64,000 nucleotides of DNA from Patescibacteria group bacterium (lineage in GTDB: Bacteria > Patescibacteriota > JAQUNI01): positions 8,599 through 72,598 of the forward strand of contig JAQUNI010000004.1 of assembly GCA_028717685.1 (NCBI GenBank). Reading direction: 5' to 3'. Both the position numbers and the translations under genes were made by a program. The notes below the pieces were generated by a model. It did no database searches and was not told the origin of the DNA. It saw only the letters and a program-made list of their open reading frames with translations. Positions 1 to 9,932 of this stretch are shown here, piece by piece. Numbering within the stretch: the first letter of the stretch is position 1; every line of letters starts with the position of its first letter.

Positions 1-11
1 CAATAAAGATA

Positions 12-155
12 TCATTTGCAGGTGTCTTGATGGCAAGAGCAATCCGGCGGACAAGTGCATTTTTCCACTGTTTCACCGCAATCGCAAGGACACATTTTTT
101 TTGATTTTTCTTCTGTTTTGTCCTCTTTTGGAGAACCGCAGGAACCACAAGTCAT
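12..155 (-). CDS. small Cys-rich metallothionein-like protein (47 aa)
   Basis: Hand translation MTCGSCGSPKEDKTEEKSKKMCPCDCGETVEKCTCPPDCSCHQDTCK*; 10 Cys in CxxC/CxC clusters; below the ORF-track cutoff. Confidence 0.7.
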   Translation of the reverse strand: MTCGSCGSPKEDKTEEKSKKMCPCDCGETVEKCTCPPDCSCHQDTCK

Positions 156-283
156 AGGTTAATAGATAATAATTAAAATCATTTAAGATAGTTAAAATTC
201 CAAGCACCAAATTCTAAATAAATCTCAAATTGTAATTTTCAAAATTCAAAACCTTTCCGTTTTTGATCGAAGATTTTAAAATG

Positions 284-529
284 TTATTTTTCCAGGATTA
301 TTTTATCTATTTTTTCCTTATCAAATTCTGAAATAATTTCTTCTTTGCCATCTTTTTCCACAATAATTACGGGGACGCCCATCTGACCAGTTTTCTGGAT
401 CATTTCTTCGGCTGCTTTTTGATCTGCGGCAACATTGACTTCTTCAAAAACAATATTATGTTGTTTTAAATATTCTTTCGCAGTGACGCAATGAGGGCAG
501 GCAGGGGTGGAATAAATTTTGACTTTCAT
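284..529 (-). CDS. glutaredoxin / NrdH-redoxin
   Basis: YSTPACPHC active site, GQMGVPVI motif. Confidence 0.92.
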   Translation of the reverse strand: MKVKIYSTPACPHCVTAKEYLKQHNIVFEEVNVAADQKAAEEMIQKTGQMGVPVIIVEKDGKEEIISEFDKEKIDKIILEK

Positions 530-1119
530 AGTTTTAATATAATTAGAAGATTCCTAATTCTTTAATTTTTTCTAGTTGAATGGAAGAGAGCACTTTATGT
601 TTATACATCGCATTGATAATAATTTTGTAGAATTTTTGTCTTCTTTCATGTTGCCAAATATCCACCTTTTTTTCTAGACGGGATAAAATTAGCGCAAGGA
701 TATTATAGCATAACTTGATTTTGGCGGGAAGGGAAAGATATTTGGTAACCAGCGACCAATAACAAATAATTGGTAAGGATTGGGGATGGCAGGTAAAAGT
801 CAGTTATTTTCAATAATAGCTTTTTTCTAGTGTCAGTCCTTGTCGGATAAAAGCGGGAATTTTGAATTCCAAAATCAAAAAAACAAGAGTTTTTTTGTCC
901 TTTTTATGGTTTAAGAGCGACCAAGGTGAAGCCGCAACTTTCCCCTTGACCCGCCTAGACTCGGCGAGGCTGGTAAGGGGGAGGGATATTGTCTTGCCAC
1001 ACTTTGAAGAAAAATTATTTAAGATAATAAAAAAGACCTCATACATTTCTATGTGAAGCCTGGAATTGTAAGCGTACAATATTCTAAAGAAAGAGCTAAC
1101 CCTTCCTTCGTCAGGACTT

Positions 1120-1626
1120 TCAGCTTGCGAGCAATGCCGCGGGGTCGCTCTCAATCCAGCCAACGTCAAACCAGAGGTAGCCCCAGCTCCACTTGTCGTC
1201 GCTGAAACAGAGGTAACGGACACAGAGGTTGCCTAAAGAGGAGCGTAAGATGGTCCCCCAGAAGAAGATGTAGTAATTATTATTCTTCCAGCCTTCAGGG
1301 ATGAGATTTGGATGCTCAAGCAGAGCATCCAAAATGTTGGGATGGAGTACAGGTTTTCCCGAAAGTTCTTTGTGAAGCTCATGCCCGCTTATCCGGCCAT
1401 GCTTCTGTCGTTCGGATAGATACAGAATGACCTTACGGTCATCTATATACAGTTCGTCCCTTCCGGAATCAGGACCTTTGGCCTCGCGTTTCTCGACCTT
1501 AACCCATCCGCTACCATTATTCTTTTCAATTTTCGCATCATCAGAGAGCAGTTTCGGTGGCGCGTCGAGATTGACGAGAATTTCGGTTTTGCTCATCATT
1601 TTAAATCGTTCTTCACTATTTTCCAT
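1120..1626 (-). CDS. DGR target-like protein with a C-terminal variable-region motif
   Basis: C-terminus FFWGTILR..GNLCVRYLCF...WSWGYLWFDVGWIESDPAALLAS resembles CPR DGR target proteins; SD AAAGGAG upstream. Confidence 0.7.
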   Translation of the reverse strand: MENSEERFKMMSKTEILVNLDAPPKLLSDDAKIEKNNGSGWVKVEKREAKGPDSGRDELYIDDRKVILYLSERQKHGRISGHELHKELSGKPVLHPNILDALLEHPNLIPEGWKNNNYYIFFWGTILRSSLGNLCVRYLCFSDDKWSWGYLWFDVGWIESDPAALLAS

Positions 1627-2008
1627 TATAATTCTCCTTTTTCTTTAATACAAAATAAACAAAACCAATTTAATTAAGTATTATCAACTTCTTATTGGTT
1701 TTTTCTCTAATAAATCCTACTCAGCATTTCGGCTAAAAGCCCAAAGCTCACCATTTGAAAACCAACAATTATTAGTTGTTGGGAGGTATTATATTGTGAA
1801 AGGTGCCTTTTGTCGGATGTATAGTTATATCATATTTTAAGAAAAAGGTCAATGATTTGGAAGTATTTTGGCTAAAATAAATGAAAAAATGGCTTACTTA
1901 AGCCATTTTACAATAGCTCTCCTTCCCCCGGTATTATAGAGGCAAGGGGTAAATCTAACCTCCCTTTCCTCCTGCGTCAGCCATGGGCGGACTTTTAGCG
2001 GGACACGG

Positions 2009-3037
2009 TTAGAGGGAATATTTTTCAAATAATTTTTTCGCCATTTCCCAGTAGGTACTATCTCCTTTTGTTTTAAGATAATACCACCATTCAACGCCCC
2101 AAAAATAGGCGGTATCGAAACCGCATTCTTTACTATAATCCACAATTTCTTGAAATTTTTCCGGACTCATTGTTTTAGCTATTATTTCGGGGGCAGCGTT
2201 TTTAATATCGCCGCCGTGGATCCATGGCTCGGCTTGTTGCTCCGAAACAATCACCGGTTTGTTCCCGAATAAGAATTTCATTAAAGCCACTTTGCGGTGG
2301 TAAAAAATCGCTGGGATTCGATATTTAGTATAGCCGGCAAAACGATTGTAAACATATTTGTAAAGCGATGTGCCAAAGATTTCAGCGCGGCGATATTCGC
2401 CGAGCCAAAGGGAGAATTCGCCCGATGAGGTAAGCATAATAGGACGGGAATCTCGCGCTCGCACAAAGATGATTTCTTCTTCAAAAAGTTTTTTATCCCT
2501 TTGGGGGCAATTTCCAAAGCTACGAAAGAAAAAGGGTTCATTTTCTACCTGCCAGATTTTAATATGGTCGTCATTTTTGTAGCGGTCGATAATTTTTCCA
2601 ATGAGCGATAAGAGATGCTTTTGCCTTTCTGCCGCGGGAAGAGAAAACGCCCAAGCGGGAATATGGCATTCAGGCCAGCGGGGGACTTTTTCCCCAAAGG
2701 CGAGGATAATTTCTCCATCCCTTTTGTCAATTTCCGCAATCTGCCAATCTAAATCCGAGAAGTCATATTCCCCTTCTGTTTTTTCCAGATCATCCCAGTA
2801 AGCCATCAAGCGGAATTTTTGCGCTCCCAAATCATCCAAAATCGCGTTCAGAGCGGCTTCCGGATCCAGATTATACTCTCGCATATTTTTTGCGGAAAAG
2901 TTGACCCCATATTCCACATTATTAGCCGGGTCAGAGATGCCGAGTAAAAAATAAATTAGAATTACTCCCAATAAGCCAATAATTACAGTTATGGATATTA
3001 TAAAAAATTTCTTCATAGAGTAATCCTTATAACGCAT
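2009..3037 (-). CDS. membrane-anchored clan GH-A glycoside hydrolase (GH42/GH10-like)
   Basis: N-terminal TM, YWDDLE..EGEYDFS.LD, WQVENEP acid/base, SEQQAEPW nucleophile region. Confidence 0.7.
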   Translation of the reverse strand: MRYKDYSMKKFFIISITVIIGLLGVILIYFLLGISDPANNVEYGVNFSAKNMREYNLDPEAALNAILDDLGAQKFRLMAYWDDLEKTEGEYDFSDLDWQIAEIDKRDGEIILAFGEKVPRWPECHIPAWAFSLPAAERQKHLLSLIGKIIDRYKNDDHIKIWQVENEPFFFRSFGNCPQRDKKLFEEEIIFVRARDSRPIMLTSSGEFSLWLGEYRRAEIFGTSLYKYVYNRFAGYTKYRIPAIFYHRKVALMKFLFGNKPVIVSEQQAEPWIHGGDIKNAAPEIIAKTMSPEKFQEIVDYSKECGFDTAYFWGVEWWYYLKTKGDSTYWEMAKKLFEKYSL

Positions 3038-3075
3038 TTTTAAGTTGCAAATTACACGTTACAAGTTGCGAGAAT

Positions 3076-3966
3076 TTATTTAAACGCCAAAATCGCCAAT
3101 CCAAAGGTAATCAGAACTACGGCGATAATTTTTTGCACTTTTTGATTTTTAAATTCCTCAGCAAAAAGGGCAGGAATTTTTTCCGACAGAATCAAGGCGA
3201 TGATCAGGAGAAAAATGTATTGGACCCCTTGAAGGGCGTTTACTATAATAACCGAGGAAAGAAAGATAGCATAATTCAGCATTATCGCGGCAAGGGCGGC
3301 AATAACACGAATACCAAGATAGCTTAAGCTTACCTTCGTTCCCGCTTTTTGAGGCGCTTTTTTAATTTTTTTACGCCAGAGAGGTACGAGAAAGATAGAC
3401 AATGCCAGAGCGAGGCTCCCTATTTTAATCCAAATAAACCCTACCCAGAACGGAGTCAGATTATAGACATATTTAGTAAGAATAAAGGAAGCCGCGAAAC
3501 AAAACGCGGCAGCCAAGCCATACATTACGCCTTGTCTGGAAAAAAGATTGCGGCGGCGGCGTTCGGCGGTAATCAATATGCCCCCTAATATTAAGAGATA
3601 AAAAGCAATAAATTGGTCTCGGTTTAATTTTTCCTGTAAGAAGATGGAGCTTAAAATGAAAGTAAAGAGCGGCACCATTGTGCCAATAAAAGGGATGATG
3701 CGAGAGGTTGGATTTTTTTCAATTGCCGAGAAAAAGAAAATGAGAGCAATAACAAAAAAAGCGCCTGCGGCAAGGGCGGCGACGATAACTTTCCCTCTCG
3801 GCATCTGCCAAGCGAGGGGAAATAAAAATATAGCCGATCCCCCCAAAAGGCCGTTATAGAAAGCGTAGGCTAAAGGGGATTTAACTTCGCGGGATAAAAT
3901 ATATTTGTCGCCCACGGAAACAATAGCATAAAGAAGATGAGCGGCAATAACTAAGAGAAGCCACAT
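3076..3966 (-). CDS. EamA/DMT family transporter
   Basis: about 10 TM helices in two repeated halves. Confidence 0.8.
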   Translation of the reverse strand: MWLLLVIAAHLLYAIVSVGDKYILSREVKSPLAYAFYNGLLGGSAIFLFPLAWQMPRGKVIVAALAAGAFFVIALIFFFSAIEKNPTSRIIPFIGTMVPLFTFILSSIFLQEKLNRDQFIAFYLLILGGILITAERRRRNLFSRQGVMYGLAAAFCFAASFILTKYVYNLTPFWVGFIWIKIGSLALALSIFLVPLWRKKIKKAPQKAGTKVSLSYLGIRVIAALAAIMLNYAIFLSSVIIVNALQGVQYIFLLIIALILSEKIPALFAEEFKNQKVQKIIAVVLITFGLAILAFK

Positions 3967-3974
3967 AATAAAAT

Positions 3975-4125
3975 AATTTTTAATTTCTAATTTTTAATTT
4001 TCATTAAATTTTCAATGAATTAATTTTTAAACCGTTTGCTCCGTTTAGAGATTTTTCATTTCTAATTGGGTTTGAAAATTTCAAAATTAAAAATTTGATA
4101 GAAATTAGAAATTGAAAATTAGAAA
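3975..4125. repeat. convergent AT-rich heptamer arrays
   Basis: (AATTTYT)n left arm and (GAAATTA)n right arm; overlaps the GH1 stop codon. Confidence 0.65.
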
Positions 4126-5300
4126 TTCTTGATGATGTCGGCATAAACGCGCGCTGATGGTCGGATGATTCGCTTTTGAGTGCGATAATCTATTTCAATT
4201 AAGCCAAAACGTGGTGAAAATCCGCGCGCCCATTCAAAATTGTCTATTAAAGACCAATGAAAATAACCGCGAACATCAATATTTTGAGCTATTGCCTTTT
4301 GGATCATCTCAATATGTTTAGTGATGAATTGGGCGCGGTATTTATCCTTTTGATCCGCCAAGCCATTTTCGGTGATATAAATGGGCAAATTAAACTTTTT
4401 TAATTCCCATAAAATCTGATATAAACCCTCGGGGTATATCTCCCATCCTAAATCCGAGGTTGTATTATTTTGTGCGCGAGAGATGGCATCTTTCATTTTG
4501 TAAAAAGGGGGCGCTAATTGAGCTTGAATTTTATAATGGAAATAATAGTTAATGCCCAGGAAATCGTGGCACCTTTTTGTTTTTTTATAAAAAACATTAT
4601 TCCAAAATTTTTTTGCTATCTTGCAAGCTAATTTGTCTAAGGGAGAGCTGGCGGCGTCAAAATAAATATAATTTTTCGCAATCCCGACTTGGGCTTCAGG
4701 GAGAAGCGCGTGAATTTTTTCATAGGCTTGCTTGTGGCATTCCGCAAGTCTGTTGATAACCCTTTTATATTGCCAGAAGCTTTTTTTACCCGGCGGCCAG
4801 TCGCCTGCTAGATAGCCGTGGCTAGCGAAAACATTTGGTTCATTGATGGTGATCCAAAAATCAACATAGCCAGAGAATTTTTTGACCGCTAATTCCGCAA
4901 GACGGGTGAAATAAAAAACACCTTTGGGATGCAAAAATCCCCCCTTTTTCGCGAGCCATAAAGGCAGGGTGAAATGATGGAGGGTAAGCATTACCTTGAA
5001 GCCTTTTTCTTTCAAGGCTTTGAATACCTGCAGGTAGTGATTGATTTCTTGGGTGTTAAAATTGCCTTCTTGAGGTTCAAGGCGGCTCCATTCAAGAGAT
5101 AAACGGTGGGCATTGTGATTCAAATTTTTTGCCCGCTCAAAATCTTCTTGAAATAGATTATAGTGATTACAGGCGAGCCCTGAAGATTTCAGCCCCCTTT
5201 TTTGTTCCCATTCCCACCAGTCGCTATTATAGTTATTACCTTCCACTTGATAAGCGCTTGTGGCAGCACCCCAGAGGAAGTTGGGAGGAAAACGAAACAT
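4119..5300 (-). CDS. glycoside hydrolase family 1 (beta-glucosidase)
   Basis: FLWGAATSAYQVEG, TINEP, ITENG, WSLIDNFEW motifs. Confidence 0.95.
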   Translation of the reverse strand: MFRFPPNFLWGAATSAYQVEGNNYNSDWWEWEQKRGLKSSGLACNHYNLFQEDFERAKNLNHNAHRLSLEWSRLEPQEGNFNTQEINHYLQVFKALKEKGFKVMLTLHHFTLPLWLAKKGGFLHPKGVFYFTRLAELAVKKFSGYVDFWITINEPNVFASHGYLAGDWPPGKKSFWQYKRVINRLAECHKQAYEKIHALLPEAQVGIAKNYIYFDAASSPLDKLACKIAKKFWNNVFYKKTKRCHDFLGINYYFHYKIQAQLAPPFYKMKDAISRAQNNTTSDLGWEIYPEGLYQILWELKKFNLPIYITENGLADQKDKYRAQFITKHIEMIQKAIAQNIDVRGYFHWSLIDNFEWARGFSPRFGLIEIDYRTQKRIIRPSARVYADIIKNF

Positions 5301-5437
5301 AAAAATTCAAAATTTAAAATTAAAAATGTAAAATTGCAATGCAAAATTAAAAATTTTGAATTTTAAGTTGTCTCGCTTTGCGAGATCTTGCAAAGCGATG
5401 ATAATTTTTCATTTTGCATTTTTAATTTTTAATTTTA
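5301..5437. repeat. convergent AT-rich heptamer arrays with an internal hairpin
   Basis: (AAAATTN)n ... (TTTTAAT)n around TCGCTTTGCGAGATCTTGCAAAGCGA. Confidence 0.65.
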
Positions 5438-5438
5438 T

Positions 5439-5633
5439 CTAGATTCCCCGAAACAGCGCTCCTAAGATTAGAAGTAGTGGCGCTCCCATTAATGCCCACA
5501 TCCCTACTTCAAAATCTACTCTATAGAAAGGCAGGGGTAAAATAGTACCGAAAATTCCTGTCAGAAGCAAGCCTAAAGCAGCAATCATTGTAATTAAACG
5601 CGGGGGGCTTATTAATTTTTTCAGGCTTTTCAT
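5439..5633 (-). CDS. small membrane protein
   Basis: 64 aa, two hydrophobic helices; overlaps the upstream stop (ATGA). Confidence 0.65.
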   Translation of the reverse strand: MKSLKKLISPPRLITMIAALGLLLTGIFGTILPLPFYRVDFEVGMWALMGAPLLLILGALFRGI

Positions 5634-5875
5634 ATTTTTTTCAATATTGATCCTAATAGAAGTATCACCGTAGAAATAATTAATAAAGAGATTATCAGAA
5701 TATCAGGAAAAGAGAATAAAAAATAGCCCCCTACTCCAGCAACCCAGAAGAGAATGCCGAAAATTAAGGTCAACAGTTTTGGAGGGTCAGGATGACTTTG
5801 GACCAAAACCCAAAAAATCCGCAGATTTTTTGGGACACTTCGGTATTTAGAGAATGAATTTTTTCTTTTTTTCAC
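5630..5875 (-). CDS. small membrane protein (possible paralog of the downstream ORF)
   Basis: 81 aa, two TM; PP(K/R)L.T motif and LL.LG...K/RxI end shared with 5439-5633. Confidence 0.6.
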   Translation of the reverse strand: MKKRKNSFSKYRSVPKNLRIFWVLVQSHPDPPKLLTLIFGILFWVAGVGGYFLFSFPDILIISLLIISTVILLLGSILKKI

Positions 5876-5881
5876 CAGATT

Positions 5882-6679
5882 TTAGAAAGTAAAACCAGTT
5901 TTCATTAATTCGTCTACTTCGGCTTTAATTTCGGCTGGATAATTTTTTAGTTTGTTTTTAACTTCTTCCGTGACAATAGAAGCGACCACGTCTGTATCTT
6001 CAGGCATTTTAAGATTGCTAAATTCGTTACCCGCGGTTTGAAAGTCGGTACCTAATTTAGTTAATGCTTTCATATCATTCTTACGAAGAGCGTCAGTCAT
6101 TTGCACTAAGATTTGATCAAGATTTTCCAACTTTTGGATCAGTTGAATATGAACATCCTTGTAAGTTTCCGGGGGACTTGTTTTCTTTAGTTTGTCTAAG
6201 CTTTCAGTTAATGTATTGTGCATCTTGTCAAAAAGAGCAATCGCTTCTGCGGCGGTATTGGCTTTGGAACTGCCCATGGATTGAAAAGAGGATCCAATGT
6301 CCATCCATATTTGTCCGTATTCTGTCCAAGTAATGATTTTTCCTGCGGTGTCGCGAGCTATCGTGAAATATTCTTTCGTTTTTGCTTCCAGGGCTTTTGC
6401 CTTTTTAGGCGCTTTCAGGGCGTTAAGCCGAGCCAATTGATTTTCGGAGTCAGTTTTAACGACCATTATCTCGGTCTGTATTTCTTTTGGGGTTGTATTT
6501 TCTGTTTTGACATCCAACTTTTCCGAGGTCCATTTACTGTTGCTATCTTTCATTATTAAACTTACTTGTTCAGCATAAGATCTGGTTTGTACTCCTTTTT
6601 GCCAGGCATAAGCTGTGACTCCTCCTCCGACCGCAAGGATGGCAGCAACAGCAATACCGACGACGAGAGGTTTTTTCAT
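5882..6679 (-). CDS. secreted/membrane-anchored helical protein
   Basis: N-terminal signal anchor, coiled-coil-like body; TTGACA-17-TATACT promoter at 6819-6847. Confidence 0.75.
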   Translation of the reverse strand: MKKPLVVGIAVAAILAVGGGVTAYAWQKGVQTRSYAEQVSLIMKDSNSKWTSEKLDVKTENTTPKEIQTEIMVVKTDSENQLARLNALKAPKKAKALEAKTKEYFTIARDTAGKIITWTEYGQIWMDIGSSFQSMGSSKANTAAEAIALFDKMHNTLTESLDKLKKTSPPETYKDVHIQLIQKLENLDQILVQMTDALRKNDMKALTKLGTDFQTAGNEFSNLKMPEDTDVVASIVTEEVKNKLKNYPAEIKAEVDELMKTGFTF

Positions 6680-6843
6680 TTTTTTTGTTTTAATTTATTA
6701 AATGTTTAATAATCAGAACTTAAAAATATTATTTGGCCTTCGCCGACCGTGATTGGTTTTGATTCTGATATAGGTCGGAGAAAGTTGCAAATAGGTTTAT
6801 GCTTTTTCTTCAACATTAAGTATAAAATTTTGAAAAAGTAATG

Positions 6844-7341
6844 TCAAGCCTCATCCCTCTTTACGATGGGATAGTTCACAGAATGACTGATTATTTCTCC
6901 TTCGGAATTGAAACTAAATTCCCCTTGTACATTTTTTCCCGCCAAGACTTCGGGAAGCCAGTAAGGATCATCAGACCACATTTGGGGGTATGGAATTGCA
7001 TTCATCGGTATCCACCGGGGTTTCATTTCATCTGATTCTTGGGGCTCGCCCTCCCATTTATAAATAAGAAAAACATGCACTTCTTGGTTCCAATCTTTAT
7101 GATCAGAAGCGAAAAATTTTAAAGTCGCTTTTTGCGCGTAGTTTAATGGTTTGACTCCGATTTCTTCTATTGTTTCGCGGACTAAGGCTTCTTCAATAGT
7201 TTCTCCATCTTTTTCTTTGACTTTACCGCCAAAACCATTAAATTTTCCTTGACCGAGGCCTCTTTTTTTCATTGCGAGGAGAATTTGGTCGCCCTTGATA
7301 AGATAAGCCAGAGTTGTTTTTTTTAAGTTTTGGTTGCTCAT
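6844..7341 (-). CDS. NUDIX hydrolase, 8-oxo-dGTPase (MTH1-like)
   Basis: KKRGLGQGKFNGFGGK, RETIEEIG Nudix box, MWSDD; start moved to MSNQ. Confidence 0.88.
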   Translation of the reverse strand: MSNQNLKKTTLAYLIKGDQILLAMKKRGLGQGKFNGFGGKVKEKDGETIEEALVRETIEEIGVKPLNYAQKATLKFFASDHKDWNQEVHVFLIYKWEGEPQESDEMKPRWIPMNAIPYPQMWSDDPYWLPEVLAGKNVQGEFSFNSEGEIISHSVNYPIVKRDEA

Positions 7342-7361
7342 AAATTTGTCATATATACTAA

Positions 7362-7904
7362 TTAAATAATAAACACGGCGGCGGCAATAGCGGTTGTCCA
7401 AAGTCCGTCTTTATCGCCTTCCGCAGACTGCACGACATTGGTAGTTTTGAAAATTTTACCGCTCGCTTTATAAACTTGTTTCCTTTCATCCCACGCCATT
7501 GCCACGTTAAATTTCAATCCTAAAGTCGTGGCTAACATCGTCGCAGCTAAATCCTCGGCATAATCTCCCGCTTTCTTGGCTGTTTCGCCAAAAGAATGGT
7601 GCTCGGAAAGATAACCGTAGCCGGTCTGATTCATCGGGAGAGCTAAACCAACGGCGGAGGAAATCAGCCGATTGGGTTCATTAGTATCGCTGCGCGCCAT
7701 TACGACAAAAGTAATTTGACCGGGTTTCAGCATTGATAATCCTTTGGGCGTAGAAACCAGTTTGCAGTTAGGCGGGAAGATACTGGAAACATTCACGAGG
7801 TTGCATTTTTCAATCCCGCCTTTGCGGAGCGCCAGTTCAAAAGAAGCGAGGTGATCTTTGTGCACGCCGACGCCCTTGGTGAAAAAACAGTATTGAGGGA
7901 TCAT
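7362..7904 (-). CDS. pdaD: pyruvoyl-dependent arginine decarboxylase
   Basis: [21 protein letters not shown] cleavage motif, GYLSEHH. Confidence 0.9.
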   Translation of the reverse strand: MIPQYCFFTKGVGVHKDHLASFELALRKGGIEKCNLVNVSSIFPPNCKLVSTPKGLSMLKPGQITFVVMARSDTNEPNRLISSAVGLALPMNQTGYGYLSEHHSFGETAKKAGDYAEDLAATMLATTLGLKFNVAMAWDERKQVYKASGKIFKTTNVVQSAEGDKDGLWTTAIAAAVFII

Positions 7905-7922
7905 ATTAATTTTTTGTGTATT

Positions 7923-8510
7923 TTAAATAAGGTGAACACCGAAATGTTCTAAACTTTGGGCAAGTTCTGACATGGGGAGTCCCACGACATTAGAATAATC
8001 TCCTTCAATCTTTTTAATTAAAAGTTCGCCCAATCCTTGAATAGCGTAAGCGCCTGCTTTATCTAAGGGTTTTTCAGATTGAATGTAGTTATTGATCTCT
8101 TCTTTGGAAAGTTTGCGGAAATAGACTTTTGTTTCCACAACTTTGGAAACAGTTTTTTTATTTTTAGTGTCCAGAATTGTAAAGCCAGTAAAGACCGAAT
8201 GCTTTTTATTGTTTAACAATTGAAGCATTCTGTAGGCGTGTTTTAAGGTTTTGGGTTTGCCTAAGATTTTGTTTTGATAAACAACCAGCGTGTCCGCGGC
8301 AATAATAATCGCGTTTGGATGTTTTTTAGCCGCCGCCTTTGCTTTTTCAAGCGACAAAAATTTTACCAGCTTTTTAGGTTCTAGTTCGGGATTGATTTTT
8401 TCCGCATAGCCGCTGTCTTCCGCCTCAAATTTCAGCCCGATTTTTTCTAAAAGCTCTCTGCGCCGCGGCGAATTGGAAGCAAGGATAATTTTGCGCATAT
8501 TTTTTGACAT
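7923..8510 (-). CDS. maf: Maf nucleoside triphosphate pyrophosphatase
   Basis: ILASNSPRR, ADT, LGKP, DKAGAYAIQG, NVVGLP. Confidence 0.95.
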   Translation of the reverse strand: MSKNMRKIILASNSPRRRELLEKIGLKFEAEDSGYAEKINPELEPKKLVKFLSLEKAKAAAKKHPNAIIIAADTLVVYQNKILGKPKTLKHAYRMLQLLNNKKHSVFTGFTILDTKNKKTVSKVVETKVYFRKLSKEEINNYIQSEKPLDKAGAYAIQGLGELLIKKIEGDYSNVVGLPMSELAQSLEHFGVHLI

Positions 8511-8546
8511 ATTCCTATTTTACTACAGAAATAGGGAAAAGGAAAT

Positions 8547-8571
8547 AAAAAAAGCAAGCCTTAGGGCTTGC
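8547..8571 (-). terminator. intrinsic terminator after the pyr operon
   Basis: AGCAAGCC-CTAA-GGCTTGCT hairpin followed by a T run on the minus strand. Confidence 0.7.
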
Positions 8572-8610
8572 TATGGAGACTGCTTTTTTAGAAAAGAACT
8601 TTGGAATTTG

Positions 8611-9918
8611 TTAAATAGTAATTTGCAATTCTTCTGTGAGCAGCCGCTTTACTTCCGCTACGGGATCTTTGGCTTGAGTAATTTGTCTGCCCATCACCAG
8701 ATGATTTGAGCCGTCAGCGATCGTTTGAGCGGGCGTGCCCGTTCTTTTTTGATCATCTTTGCCGACCTCTGACGATCGGATGCCCGGCGTTACCAGTGTC
8801 ATATCAGAGTAGATTTCTCTTAATTCTTTCACTTCTTCGGGTGAGCAAACTAAGCCGTGAGCCCCGGCGCGTTTAGCAATCGCGGCTAGTATTTTTACTT
8901 CTTCTCGAGGTAACCGATTGTATATTTCTATACCGGTTTTTTCGTCTATGGAGGTAAGAACGGTGACCACAAGCACTTTTGTCGGAGTATCTTTAAGACC
9001 GTCCACTACCGTTTTAATCATCTCATCTCCGCCTGTACCATGGACAGTGACTGCCCAAGGAGGATTTTCCTGTAAATCTTTTACGATATTATCTGCAGTA
9101 TTCTTGATGTCGTGGATTTTAAGATCCGCCATCACCCTTCCATAAACCTGAAGGTTAGGAATAAGGCTGGCTATTCCAGTGTTGAGCAGTAGGTTGTTCA
9201 CCTTGAAAATGCACCCACTTGTGCGCAAGGGATCCATAATACTCAAGGCGGTTTCCCAGTCCATTCCGTCCAAAGCGATAATGAGCGGATTTTTTTCCTC
9301 TAGAGCAGGATCACAGCGCTGCATAATATTGTGCGTGATTAAATACTTACGCACATCGTGGAGCGTCATCCCAGACCAAACCTCCATTGGGATATTCTTA
9401 GCAGCAAATGTTTTTTTCCATCCCTCCTGGCGGTCCACCAGAACTACCATCGGCAGAATTTCAAGACCGCTAGCCAAACATTCCTCGTAGGGCATACTAG
9501 CCGAGCCGCCGGTAGTAATTACATCATCAATGACACACACGAGATCATTGTAATTAGCCTCTCCTATCACTTTTGCTTTGGCGACCCTTCCTTGTTTTGC
9601 TTCCTCTCTTATTGTTATATAGGGAATGCCAGTTTGAACCGCAAGTACTCCTGCGAGGCAACTTACCGAGTCTGGTACCTCCACAAAACGGTCAGGTTTT
9701 AAACGTCTCAAGGGATTGCTATAGACATTGCTGAGCCATAGTAATGCCTCGGGATTGCTCCTTGCCTCTCTTAGATTAATATAGACATCTGTTTTGCCAC
9801 CACTTTTAAGTGGGAGTTGCCTTTTATTGTCCCACTTAATCAGGTCAAAGCGAAGTAGCTCTGTACAAACTTCATCTTGTTCTAATGGCGTTAGCCAATG
9901 TGAATCAGAAATTTTCAT
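8611..9918 (-). CDS. pyrE-pyrF: fused orotate phosphoribosyltransferase / OMP decarboxylase
   Basis: LKSGGKTDVYINLR and VIDDVITTGGS (PRT); IIALD, DLKIHDI, VTPGIR, DDQKR, VMGRQIT (OMPDC). Confidence 0.9.
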   Translation of the reverse strand: MKISDSHWLTPLEQDEVCTELLRFDLIKWDNKRQLPLKSGGKTDVYINLREARSNPEALLWLSNVYSNPLRRLKPDRFVEVPDSVSCLAGVLAVQTGIPYITIREEAKQGRVAKAKVIGEANYNDLVCVIDDVITTGGSASMPYEECLASGLEILPMVVLVDRQEGWKKTFAAKNIPMEVWSGMTLHDVRKYLITHNIMQRCDPALEEKNPLIIALDGMDWETALSIMDPLRTSGCIFKVNNLLLNTGIASLIPNLQVYGRVMADLKIHDIKNTADNIVKDLQENPPWAVTVHGTGGDEMIKTVVDGLKDTPTKVLVVTVLTSIDEKTGIEIYNRLPREEVKILAAIAKRAGAHGLVCSPEEVKELREIYSDMTLVTPGIRSSEVGKDDQKRTGTPAQTIADGSNHLVMGRQITQAKDPVAEVKRLLTEELQITI

Positions 9919-9932
9919 TTTTTATTCTCCTT

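Noticed and set aside
543-665. Possible 40-aa GTG-start ORF upstream of glutaredoxin
   Set aside because: No recognisable motif or RBS; cannot be supported.
810-1223. 137-aa minus ORF and other antisense/overlapping ORFs in the track
   Set aside because: Shadow frames of better-supported genes.
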